Made by a program: the position numbers and the translations under genes. This document shows positions 1-10,775 of a stretch of DNA of 64,000 nt, one piece after another (within the stretch, counting starts at the first letter, position 1; each line of letters opens with the position of its first letter). A model generated the notes under the pieces. That model saw only the letters and a program-made list of their open reading frames with translations, ran no database searches and was not told where the DNA came from. The stretch is from Mustelus asterias (Eukaryota). The stretch spans positions 77,004,001-77,068,000 of the forward strand of contig NC_135811.1 in the NCBI RefSeq assembly GCF_964213995.1, read 5' to 3'.

Positions 1-172
1 ATAAACCTCTATAAGGTCACACCTCATCCTCCTACGCTCCAGGGAAAAAACTCCAACCCCTCCTTATAATCCAAACCTTCCAGTCCCGGTAAAATCTTTT
101 AAATCTTTTTTGCATTCTTTCCAGTTTAATAACATCCTTCCTATAGCAGTGTGATCACTAACTGTATCCAGT
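1..172 (-). mobile_element. CR1 LINE ORF2 3' fragment
   Basis: reverse complement of the conserved CR1 C-terminal region (LFSLERRRMR..DLIEV type). Confidence 0.65.
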
Positions 173-577
173 CACCACTCCTGTCCATCATTAGGCATTA
201 GCAATACTCCTCGCTGGTTCTGCTCTAATGGATGGGAATTCAAGGCACAGCACTCTCCGTTTCCCTGGTTGGTGAGTGAGGCTGGTCATCAGCTAAGTAC
301 AAATAAGAAAATTACATCTAATCAACAACCTTAATGTCGGAATTGCTTTCCAATTGGTATTATTTCAAATGGGCTCCCATTGAGATTACGACGTGGAATT
401 TAGAAAGATCGGAGACCTCGGAAAGCTTGAATTCCTAAACTTTTTAACTCCTCATTCTTCCACTTCCGACAACATGTGACTTTAAAATCCAAATTTGGCA
501 TCATCTGACCACGGCCACTTTGTTTATCTCATTCTCTTACACTTCCAGATAATGGGCCCTTTATCTAACCAAGAACG

Positions 578-783
578 ATGGAAAATCTCAGCAGGTCTGA
601 CAGCACCTGTGGAGAGAGAATAGAGCCAGCGTTTCTACTCTGGATGACCATTCGTCAGAACTCATCCAGACTCGAAACGCTGGTTCTGTTCTTTTTCCAC
701 AGATGCTGTCAGGCCTGCTCAGATTTTCCAGCATTTTCTGTTTTTGTTTCAGATTCCAGTATCCACAGTATTTTGCTTTTATC
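578..783. mobile_element. Penelope-like fold-back (inverted) terminal fragment
   Basis: about 70-bp imperfect inverted arms (ggaaaatctcagcaggtctg… / …caggcctgctcagattttcc); same family at 2620-3110, 6750-6820 and 27568-27780. Confidence 0.55.
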
Positions 784-816
784 TTGGGGCCCTTTATCTA
801 GTTTGGCGAAAACGAA

Positions 817-930
817 GGCTGGAATTCACTGGCTATTCACGCTAGCGGGATTCTCCAGTCCCGCCGGCAGTGCAACCCTGCTCACGGGTTTCCTGCCGGC
901 TTGGGGTGACGTCAATGGAAATTCCCATAT
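817..930. mobile_element. GC-rich MITE-like fragment
   Basis: ggctggaattc…cgggattctccagtcccgcc motif shared with 29150-29360 and 52319-52521. Confidence 0.5.
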
Positions 931-974
931 CAGTAATTAACTGATGAACAGAACGCAAAATAGGTCAACCACTC

Positions 975-1286
975 GGCATGGCGGCACAGTGGTTAGCACG
1001 GCTGCCTCACAGCACCAGGGAGCTGGGTTCGATTCTCAGCTTGGGTCACTGTACGCAGTTTGCACATTCTCCCCATGTCTGCGTGGGTTTCCTCTGGGTG
1101 CTCCGGTTTCCTCCCATGCTCCAAAGACATGCGGGTTAGGTGGATGGTAATGCTAAATTGCCCCTTAGTGTCAGGGGGACTAGCTCGGGTAAATGCATGG
1201 GGTTATGGGGCCTGGTTGGGATTGTGGTTGGTGCAGACTCGATGGGCTGAATGGCCTCCTTCTGCACTGCAGGGATTCTATGATTC
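975..1286 (+). mobile_element. HE1-like V-SINE, CR1-type tail
   Basis: tRNA head (cacagtggttagc, gggttcgattc), V-domain (gtgggtttcctc..ggtgctccggtttcctccca), tail gggattctatgatt. Confidence 0.85.
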
Positions 1287-1395
1287 ACAACTCACTGCAG
1301 TCTCTGTTCTAACCTCTCTAGCCTCCCACTTCATAGCGCCAACTCCCAATCTAATATTTGTACCTTTGGCCAGAAATATTCTTTAAATAAAATGG

Positions 1396-1401
1396 TTTAT
1401 T
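1396..1401 (-). promoter_or_regulatory. Candidate polyadenylation signal of the RhoGAP gene (3' UTR about 0.95 kb)
   Basis: AATAAA on minus strand at the end of a largely repeat-free stretch following the stop, just before SINE-rich DNA resumes. Confidence 0.5.
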
Positions 1402-2326
1402 TGGTTTGGTTTGAAGTGCTGGAGTAAATTGCACCATTGCCTTTCTGCAAGAACGAAAGCCAATTCGAACAGTGCCATCCTTTGCTTGCTTGTCTATCTG
1501 ACTCACCAGTCCAGGAAGATCATTTCCGCCACTCCTTTCTCCCACAGACTTCAGCTGCCCATGTGTGCTATAACCCACAGTGTTACGCTTTCCCCATTTC
1601 AATGCTTTTCTCTTAAAAATTAAATACGATATCAATAAATAGAAACAGCTAAACATGAAAAGGCAATGCTTTGGGGTGGGATGGGGGGGGGTGGGGGGGG
1701 GTTGGGTGGCTGGATCCTGCTCCTGTTACTGATGATGTGGAGATGCCGGTGTCACTCTGTTACTGATGTCAGATCTAATGAAAAAAAGCTTCAAACGACA
1801 GAGAGACACACTTTAAAGTGCAGTGTGCTGATCCATCGCAAAATACTCCTGGTGGGCAAAAGTCCAAAGGGCCACCAGGAACCGCAGAGTGAAAGCTGCA
1901 GTCCGATATATCCTGCAAAGATTACTGCCAGGAGGAAGGTGAAATAAGCATGGTATCTCTTCCTGGATCCAGATACAAGGATTTCCGGATACTTGAAAAA
2001 AAAAACACAGGCATGGCAGCAAAGCGGAATTGTCCAGCAGAAGAAGAGGCTTGTTCATACAGAGCCTCAGAGACCTATACACTGTCCACAAAGGATATGA
2101 CCCACTTTGAGTAATGCTTCATCTCCGATTGTCTTGAAGTTAAGTCAGACCATGTTCTGAAGAACAGCGTTCCCTCGCTTTTTTTACGTAAGACCATGTT
2201 TGACTAGGTCCATTGCGTGCAGACACCTCTAGCTCCTTATTAGTCTATGTAAGCACTCGTGCACACACACACATACACACATACAAGCCAGTCAGTGTGT
2301 GGGGCTGCACTGCCCCACTCTGTTGC

Positions 2327-2525
2327 TCATCTGAGAACTGCCAACTCCCGGCTTTCGTTGAAAAGGTGCTGGTACTGGTTAAGGATGAACTCTACAATCT
2401 GGTTCTGGTAAACCATGTGGACCGCGATGTTTCCTGTCTCAGTCTCAGGTTTCAGCAGGGTGGGGCCAAACACAATTGCCATACTCTGGGAACTCATCCG
2501 GTTCTGGGTGCGATATTCTATCACA
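2327..2525 (-). CDS. arhgap27: Last coding exon, end of RhoGAP domain (VIEYRTQNRMSSQSMAIVFGPTLLKP…LAVLR*)
   Basis: cccttccag|T ... TGA at 2329-2327; 199 nt, phase 2; NRM...AIVFGPTLL motif. Confidence 0.95.
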
Positions 2526-2619
2526 CTGGAAGGGAGCAAAAGAGATTATTATAACTTTTGAAAGCTGTGTTTCATATAATGTCTTTATCATTTGATCGCA
2601 ACGTATAAATTGTGCTTAA

Positions 2620-3390
2620 GAAAAGCAAATTATTGCAGATGCTGGAATCTGAAACCAAAAGAGAAAATGCTGGAAAATCTCAGCAGGTCTGTTCATAGAA
2701 TCATTGAAACTCTACAGTGCAGAAAGAGGCCATTTGGCCCATCAAGTCTGCACCGACCACAATCCCACCCAGGCCCTACCCCCATATCCCTACATATTTA
2801 CCCACTAATCCCTCTAACCTACGCATCTCAGGACACTAAGGGATAATTTTAGCATGGCCAATCAACCTAACCCACACATCTTTGGACTGTGGGAGGAAAC
2901 CGGAGCACCCGGAGGAAACGCACGCAGACACGAGGAGAATGTGCAAACTCCACACAGACAGTGACCCAAGGCTGGAATTGAACCCAGGTCCCTGGAGCTG
3001 TGAAGCAGCAGTGCTAACCACTGTGCTACCGTGCCGCCCTGTTCGCATCTGTAAGGAGAGAAAAGAGCTGATTTGAGTCCAGATGACCCTTTGTCAAAGC
3101 TAAAAGCCAAAGAAAATGGGAGATATTTGTACTGTAGTGTGAGGGAATGAAAGATGAGTCATAGCCACAGAAACAACGAAAAAGGCTGCTAATGGCAGTC
3201 CATAGAGAGAATAAAAGGCGTGAATGGCTAAACAGCAGAGAAGCTGAAATCAGAGGGTAAACTGTGACAGATGAAGATGTGGGGGGAGGGGGGAGATGGA
3301 TGAGAGAGAGGCAAAATTAAGAAAAAGGGGGAAAGGGGAAAGAAAGGGGAAGAAAAGGTAAAAAAAAGGAGGGATAAAATAGGGAGAAAG
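2620..3390 (-). mobile_element. Penelope-like end interrupted by a V-SINE
   Basis: aaagcaaattattgcagatgctggaatctg…cagcaggtctg resumes at about 3045 as gcatctgtaaggagagaaaagagctg, then a purine-rich tract. Confidence 0.55.
2695..3040 (-). mobile_element. HE1-like V-SINE nested in Penelope-like end
   Basis: complete head, V-domain and tail on minus strand. Confidence 0.85.
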
Positions 3391-3959
3391 TGTGGGGGGG
3401 GGGGGGGGGGGCGCTTAGATTCACCATGAACCAGCCCCACGAATAACCGCTTCAACAAACTATTGTGCCCCTTGGCTAGTCCTCATGGAGCTGTTCACGA
3501 ATTCGTGCTAAAATAAGGACAAAAACATTAAGAAAATTGTGTCACGGGCATCAACGTTTTTTCTTCAAAAAATGTGAGGATTAGGCGTCACAGCCCAATC
3601 CAATCCTCAATGGATGATCAGGCCCTTAACAGCGGTAACCATGAGTTAATGATCAGGAGCAGGCCTGTGGTAGCAAGTCCCACATTGTATCCAATCACTG
3701 GCTACAGAAGCTTCTTCTGAATTTCCCACTGGATATATCTAGTGACCAGATTATTTTTATAGCCCCAAGTTTTGGTCTCCCCACATCTCCTCCAAGCCTA
3801 CCCTATTTAAGCTTTCCTAATCTAATAGGTTAGCTAACATAGTGCAGGTCAGGGATTGAATGTGGTATTCTCCTGAAATCAGTTACCAACTGGATGACTT
3901 TGCTAGGTTACTGATAGAGCTAAGAATTACTTTCTCACTTCATTATTCCACATTTCCCA

Positions 3960-4278
3960 TGGGTGGCACAGTGGTTGGCACCGCTGCCTCACAGTGCCAG
4001 GGGCCCAGATTCGATTTCTGCCTTGGGTCACTGTATGGAGTTTGTACATTCTCCCCGTGTCTGCGTGGGTTTCCTCTGGGTGCTCCGGTTTCCCCCCACA
4101 TTTCAAAGATGTGCGGGTTAGGCGCATTGGCCATGCTAAATTGTCCTTTAGTGTCAGGGGGATTAGAAGACAAAAATACGTGGGGTTGCAGGGATAGGGC
4201 CCTGGGTGGGATTGTTGTCGGTGCAGGTTCAATGGGCCAAATGGCCTCCTTCTGCACTGTAGGGATTCTATGATTCTT
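3960..4278 (+). mobile_element. HE1-like V-SINE
   Basis: head, V-domain, CR1-type tail. Confidence 0.85.
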
Positions 4279-4689
4279 TCTTTCCTCAGTTGGATTCATG
4301 AACACTCCACAAGTGTGTGGCAAAACAGAATTGCTTACTGAAGTGATTGAATTTTCCTTGCTTCTCCTCTCGATTTTGTTGTCCAGTGAGCTTTTGCTCT
4401 TTATCTCAATTTGAATAAACAACCTATGATGAGCAACCGTTCTGTGGACATCAGTGACCTTAAGTACATCCAGTCCAGTACCAATCCACCAACATCATGT
4501 GCAAAAGGATCAGGAACAAGGCATTTCTAAAGGAAAACTCTTGTGGAGGTTCTGGATGCTATTAAAGTGCATGTAGAAACTAGTGGACTACATGGTTGAA
4601 GGAAAAGAGATCTCTAGCACTTGCTTAGAATTTTTTTAAATATCTGAACGTATCTTCATTATAATACATTCATATTAATTATATCTGAA

Positions 4690-4985
4690 CCATAGAATCC
4701 CTACATCGCAGAAGGTGGCCATTCAGCCCAAAGAGTCTGCACTGACTCTCCGAAAGCATCTTACCCAGGCCCAGTCCCCCATCCTATCCCCATAACACTG
4801 CACATTTACCATGGCTAATCCAAATAATCTACACATCTTTGAACTGGGGGAGGCAACCAGCGCACCTGATGGAAACCCAAACAGGCATGGGGAGAATGTG
4901 CAAATTCCACACAGACACCCAAGGTTGTAACTGAACCCGGGTCCCTGGAACTGTGAGGAAGCAGTGCTAACCACTGTGCCAACAC
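4690..4985 (-). mobile_element. HE1-like V-SINE (diverged)
   Basis: head, V-domain, tail. Confidence 0.8.
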
Positions 4986-5432
4986 TCCGTCCAAAATGCT
5001 GCCATCTTTTGACTTTTGGTAGGACCGAATAATCCTGGGGGCTGGAGAGACTGGAAAATGCACTCACAGAATGAGTTAAAAAGGAGGATAAAAAGATTTG
5101 GAATATGTTCAAGCAACAGTTGAATATGTTTCTGGAGAGAATTGGGCTGGAGGGATCTGGGGGGTAGATGCGTTCAAAATAACCACTTTGGGCTTGTCAG
5201 TCCAAATAGGGCCTTTCTGCTCTAAAGTTACATATTGCTCACAGTGTCTACAAGGGTCCATTTTCTCGAGACATCTGTCCCAGTTGCAGCTATGTTAAAC
5301 TGCTACGCCAGCAAAGACAAGTAAAGGACACAAAAAACTTGAGTAACAGAAACCTGTAAACAGTGTAACATGACTCTCGTTTTTTGGGCTTTCATACAAT
5401 GCGTTTTATCTAGAGTGAAGGCAGGTACTCAC

Positions 5433-5538
5433 TTGCACAGGTGTCTGAAGAGAACTTGCATGGTATCATGGTTGACCATAGGGAGTGAATGGATTAACTC
5501 TTGTATATATGACAGCCGTTGACCAGGATCTCCCAGTT
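5433..5538 (-). CDS. arhgap27: RhoGAP exon (KLGDPGQRLSYIQELIHSLPMVNHDTMQVLFRHLC)
   Basis: tttaacag|AA ... AA|gtgagt; 106 nt, phase 1/2. Confidence 0.95.
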
Positions 5539-5667
5539 CTGTTAAAAAAAAAGAAACATTTGTAAAAGGAGGCAGGACATGCAATCCAGTTCTTGATAAC
5601 AAATAGACTTTGTCTCCATATTTGCCAGAGTTATGTTTCCTGGTGCCATGACCACTTAGGGTTGATA

Positions 5668-5999
5668 TGGGCGGTTCGGTGACACAGTGGTTGACACCAC
5701 TGCCTCAAGCTCCAGGGACCCGGGTTCGATTCCCAGCTTGGGTCACTGTCTGTGTGGAGTTTGCACATTCTACCTGTGTCTGCGTGGGTTTCCTCTGGGT
5801 GCTCCGGTTTCCTCCCACACTCCAAAGATGGGTTAGGTTGATTGGCCATGCTAAATTGTCCCTTAGTGCCCCTGGATGCGTAAGTTAGAGGGATTAGTGG
5901 GGTAAATGTGTGGGGTTTCGGGGATAGGGCCTGGGTGGGATTGTTTTCGGTGCAGATGGGCCAAATGGCCTCCTTCTGTATTGTAAGGATTCTATGATT
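5668..5999 (+). mobile_element. HE1-like V-SINE
   Basis: head, V-domain, tail. Confidence 0.85.
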
Positions 6000-6290
6000 G
6001 GTGACTTACTTCCAGGCCCTGCAAATGCATAACATAAATTCAAATGATGGCGTGTATATGTAAACAATGGGCACAAAATGGGGGGCATTCTGTGATTCTG
6101 TTCACCCCACTGCCAGCGAGAACCGGGAATTTGGCGCTCAGCCAAAACTTCATTCACTGCAGCAGGACCGGAGAATCCCAGCCGCGGGCGAGGTCAGAGT
6201 TTTCTGACGTACATTTCACAATGCTGTAAAAAGGGACCACCTGTCACATTCAATCCAGTTTATAGATGGCTACCACCAAAGGAACACAAG

Positions 6291-6542
6291 AGGCTGGATT
6301 TTATGCCCCCTTCCAGAGACAGACGAGTGTGTTTCATGCAATAAGACAGGTGCCTAGCCCACTGTCTTCATGTCCGCCCCTGACCCCTTCCCATAAAACA
6401 GTAGGCAGGTGGGCATCAAAACTGGCAGCCCATCCACCATTTACATAATAATTAATGAGGGCTGATGGGGGGGGGGGGGGGGGGATGGGGTGCAGGCATG
6501 GTCAGTATAACACCTCTTCCCCACCCCAGTAAAATTCAGCCC
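6291..6542. mobile_element. MITE-like element
   Basis: terminal inverted repeats ggctggatttta / taaaattcagcc. Confidence 0.55.
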
Positions 6543-7032
6543 AGTGAGTGGATGGGATTAGTTTATTTTAAATGGGTTGTTAGGGCATGCAGAAGGTATT
6601 CAGCACAAAATGTTGGGGTAAGTTTGCTGGTCCCACCAGCTGCAGGAATCGTCGTGGGCGGAATGGAAAATTTGACGGAACCACTTACAGGTCGATTGAC
6701 CTCAGGTGGGAAATTTCGTTCTCAGGACAGACGCGACTGGAAATTCCCAGTCGTTAACTCTGTTTCTCGCTCCACAGATCTTGCCTGATGTGCTGAGTAT
6801 TTCCAGCATTTTCTGTTTGAGCTGAAAAGCATGCTGGGAAAAATAGAGGCACTTGGAGATCAGATACAGGCCTATTAGGCTGAATGTCCTCCATCTCTGC
6901 TATAAAATTCATACAATGCCATCCCAATCAGCAACACAGTGCATTTTCTTTTTTCCTTTCCTATCTCCATGACAATGCAAACCTTCTTGCAATGTTTTAT
7001 TGGATTGTGGTCTTTGATATAGGCTGCTGGTT

Positions 7033-7384
7033 ATAGAATCGTATCATCATAGAAACCCTACAGTGCAGAAAGAGGCCATCTGGCCCATCAAGTCTGTACT
7101 GACCACAATCACACCCAAGCCCTACCCCCATATCCCTACACATTTACCCACTAATCCCTCTAACCTACGCATCTCAGGACACTCAGGGGCAATTTTAGCA
7201 TGGCCAATCAACCTAACCCACACATTTTTAGACTGTGGGAGGAAACCGGAGCACCCAGAGAAAACCCACGCAGACATGAGGAGAATGTGCAAACTCCACA
7301 CAGACAGTGACCCAAGCCAGGAATCGAATCCAGGTCCCTGGCGCTGTGAAGCAGCCGTGCTAACCACTGTGTTACCGTGCCTCC
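7033..7384 (-). mobile_element. HE1-like V-SINE
   Basis: head, V-domain, tail; a plus-strand tail fragment follows at 7455-7610. Confidence 0.85.
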
Positions 7385-7863
7385 CTTTATATGTTTTATG
7401 TTTTTAACCCTATCCTTTTCAATAGTGAGTGAAAGTTTTTTTTTTAAGGAGATTTGTTGGGCTGACTGGCCATGTGGAATTGCCCCTTAGGGTCAGGGGG
7501 ACTAACAGGTAAGTACGTGGGGTTATGGGGATAGGGCCTAGGTGAGATTGTTATTGATGCAGGTTTGATGGGCTAAATGGCCTCCTTCTGCCCTGTAGGG
7601 ATTCTATGTAAAAGGCCCTTTGGCCCATTGCATCTGCACCGGTTAAAGACAAACCACCAACTATCCAGGTCCATTGTAAGCATGAACCTGATTACGTTGC
7701 TGGCGAGGGAGTGGCAAAAATGTTGGTGTTCATTCGGATTTCAGTAGCGCAAGTTAGCGAGGACATTAGTCTTTATTGTAAGGGGATCAGAGCACAAGAA
7801 TAAGGAAGTATTGCTGCAATTATTCAAACCACTTTCATGGTGTAAAGTGCTTTGTCATTATTT

Positions 7864-8176
7864 TTAAAATACTTTTCCAATTCAATCAAATCAAGTCCAA
7901 TTCAGAGTCTCAACAAGTTGAGACATTTCCGATCCAGGCTGACAAGACAGGGCATGCAATCCTCTACCCTGTCTTGGGCCTGATCTACATGAGCCGAGCT
8001 GATTGGAGTAGGCAGACATCTCTGCCCCCCCAAGCTTGATCTCATTTGCATCTTAGCCAAAAGGCCGAGATGCCGCTTCTAAAAATTGCTTCATATGAAA
8101 ATGAAGCTCAAATGCAACCCAATGACCTCAACCAAGTGCAGCATCAGCATAACTACACTTGATCTTAGCCAAAAGG
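7864..8176 (-). mobile_element. U2 snRNA-headed short retroposon (SINEU/Keno-derivative-like)
   Basis: 8152-8176 = U2 nt 13-37 exactly; 8050-8070 = U2 nt 7-27; A-rich 3' end; direct repeat gtcattattt at 7854-7863 and 8176-8185. Confidence 0.75.
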
Positions 8177-8242
8177 TCATTATTTCGAATCAATCAGTTC
8201 CCGTTGACTTTTAACATTTTAACCCTCCCAGCCTCGATGTAG

Positions 8243-8540
8243 ACACGGTGGCACAGTTGTTAGCACCTCTACCTCAGAGCGCAAGGGAACCCAGGTTCAA
8301 TTCCCGGCTTGGGTCACTGTCTGTGTGGAGCCTGCACATTCTCTCCGTGTCTGCATGGGTTTCCTCCGGGTGCTCTGGTTTCCTCCCGCAGTCCAAAGAT
8401 ATGCAGATTAGATGGATTGGCCATACGTGGGGTTAGGGGGATAGGTCGGAGGGGAGGGCCTGGGCAGGATGCTCTTTTGGAGTGTCAGTGCAGAGCTGAT
8501 GGGCCAAGAGGCCTCTTTCAGTACTGTAGGGATTTTATGG
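8243..8540 (+). mobile_element. HE1-like V-SINE
   Basis: head, V-domain, tail. Confidence 0.8.
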
Positions 8541-8936
8541 TTCTCCAATCCACAAGTATCTCCATGGAAACCAGCCATTCTGTGTTTTGAATGTAAAATT
8601 TCTGTATTACTAAAAATCTTGTGCAGCATAATGCTTTCTTATCCACAAATCCTGCTTCTCGTTGTCAATGTTTTCTCAGGCTTTCCAACTAAATGTCAAC
8701 TGTCATGATATAATTACAATTAGATGGTTCTTTTGAATAAGATTCTGGAACCTTTCTCCCAACTTTGGCACCAACCAGTTTTATAAATATATATTAAAAA
8801 AACTTATAACCATCAACTAGTCATGGGCAATATCATAGTTATTGGCTAATATAAATAATCCATCAGCAGATCGCAGAAGCAGCAACTGGAGCGTTATAAA
8901 GGATAATGTTACCCCGAATATAAACATTTCACTCAC

Positions 8937-9071
8937 TCATTGCGCTAATGAAGCTCTCAAAATGGCTGAATGGAAACAATGGCTCAGGCAGCTCCCGGAA
9001 GAAGAGTTTCAGGGCCCCAGTGATCACATGGACATCATCCCATGGGCCTTCCTCCAGGTTCACATTTTCAT
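8937..9071 (-). CDS. arhgap27: RhoGAP exon (DENVNLEEGPWDDVHVITGALKLFFRELPEPLFPFSHFESFISAM)
   Basis: ctgcgcag|AT ... A|gtgagt; 135 nt, phase 1/1; LKLFFRELPEPL motif. Confidence 0.95.
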
Positions 9072-10339
9072 CTGCGCAGAGGGGAGAAGGAGAAGGAAAG
9101 AATGAACAAATTCAGCTTCAACTGAGCCACCACTAAGATAAAGACTCAATCCTCTCAACCTTATCAGTCAGCTCTCTGAACCCTCATTTGTTGCTGTTTA
9201 CTCAGGGTATGCAGACCACCTGGGGTGTCGCTATGGTCATATCCCGCATGGTGCTGAGCAATTGCTAAGCTGGTTGATCTCAGCAATCATGCCTTTCCAG
9301 GTGGAACATATAGAACAAAGAACAGTACAGCACAGGAACAGGCCCCACTACCCACCAAGCCTGCACCAACACTAAACCAAGACCTTTTGGCTCTACGCAG
9401 TCCGTATCCCTCTATTCCCGGCCTATTCATGGATCTGTCAAGATGCCTCTTAAACGTTGCTATTGTACCTGCTTCTACTGCCTCCTCTGTCATGTTTTCA
9501 CTCTCAATTGTTATCGGGTAACACAACACTGGAACGAGTGCGTGTGGATGTGGGATGAGGAGAAGGCTGGGCTCAGCAGTGATGCCCGACATGGTAACCT
9601 TCCAACCCTCTTGCCAAAGTTTGCACAAAGAATGACCACCTGGGGGGACAGACTAGCATTCCAGTACGAGCCAGTATTCCTGCCGGGTGTGCAGAAAATT
9701 GGAATAAAATTAAGTCATGCGTAGATACTTAGGGTAGGACATGCCGCGGTTCAAGAAGGCAGCTCACCACCACTTTCTCAGGGGCAAATTAGGGAAGGAC
9801 AGCAAATGCTGGCCTAGCCTGGGACGCCCACATCCCATGAATGAACTTTTAAAAATCTCGGAAGTCCTTTAAAATGGTGGGCGGCCTCTTTCTGTATGGT
9901 AGGGATTCTATGATTCTATGAATTCTGTCCGGAACCGTTACATCACCTGCTTTCCGGCGTCCAAGCTTGCTTTCAATAATAATGTTTGTACCACACAGAC
10001 AACATGACCTTCACATAAAATGAATTGTTAAAATTATTTCTCGTGGACTCCTATCTGAGGCCCAGTAGGCAGTGCTATCAAATTTGGAAGTATTTTAGCT
10101 CAACCCAGGAAGCCCGTGAATCAAATGGGCTGAATGACAGTATAATTTCCCAGTGAATTGCTTGGATGTATCAAACTTTGCCAGACTGCATCGTTTAGAA
10201 ATGTAACAGGAATCAAAATTCAAACACAAGACCTCACTTGGCTGTGAATGTTAATCTTCCCTGTCCTACCCAGCACAGCTCGAAGCTAAAATAATGATTT
10301 GAAAGTATGTTTTGAAAAGGGAGGTCACTTCCGTTCAGC

Positions 10340-10740
10340 AATTACCCTGGAATGAGGGCGAGCGAGATACTGAAACAGAAAAATGTTGCTGCCTGTATCC
10401 TAGTGTATACCAAGTCCTGCTCCCCCATCACCTCTGTGGTCTCTGACTTACATTGACATCCATACCGCAATGCTTCAAATTTACAATCCTCATCTTTAAA
10501 TACCATCATGCCATGCTTCCGCCGATCTGGAACATTTTCCAGCATTACAACTCTGTGTTCCTTCAATTCTGGCCTCTTATGCATGCTTGATTTCCTTCAT
10601 TTTATTACTGATGGCCAGGCCTTATTGAGTTGTTTCAGCTCCATCAGCTCTAGAATTCCATTTCAAAACCTCTTCGCCTCTTTTTTTCTCCTTGAAGAAG
10701 CTCCTTAAACACTAACGCTTAGCTCAAGCTTTTGCTTGCC
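10340..10740 (+). mobile_element. L2-clade LINE 3' fragment
   Basis: degenerate AACIL..TKSCSPITSVVSDLH (L2 AARIL..HITP.L..LHWLP type); L2-like tail resumes near 11075-11140; similar relic at 39700-40025. Confidence 0.55.
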
Positions 10741-10775
10741 CTTCCTAATGCCAGCTTGTGCTGTCAAATTGGGCC

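Noticed and set aside
8152-8176. Functional U2 snRNA gene
   Set aside because: Only nt 13-37 present; no Sm site, 3' stem-loops or recognisable upstream PSE
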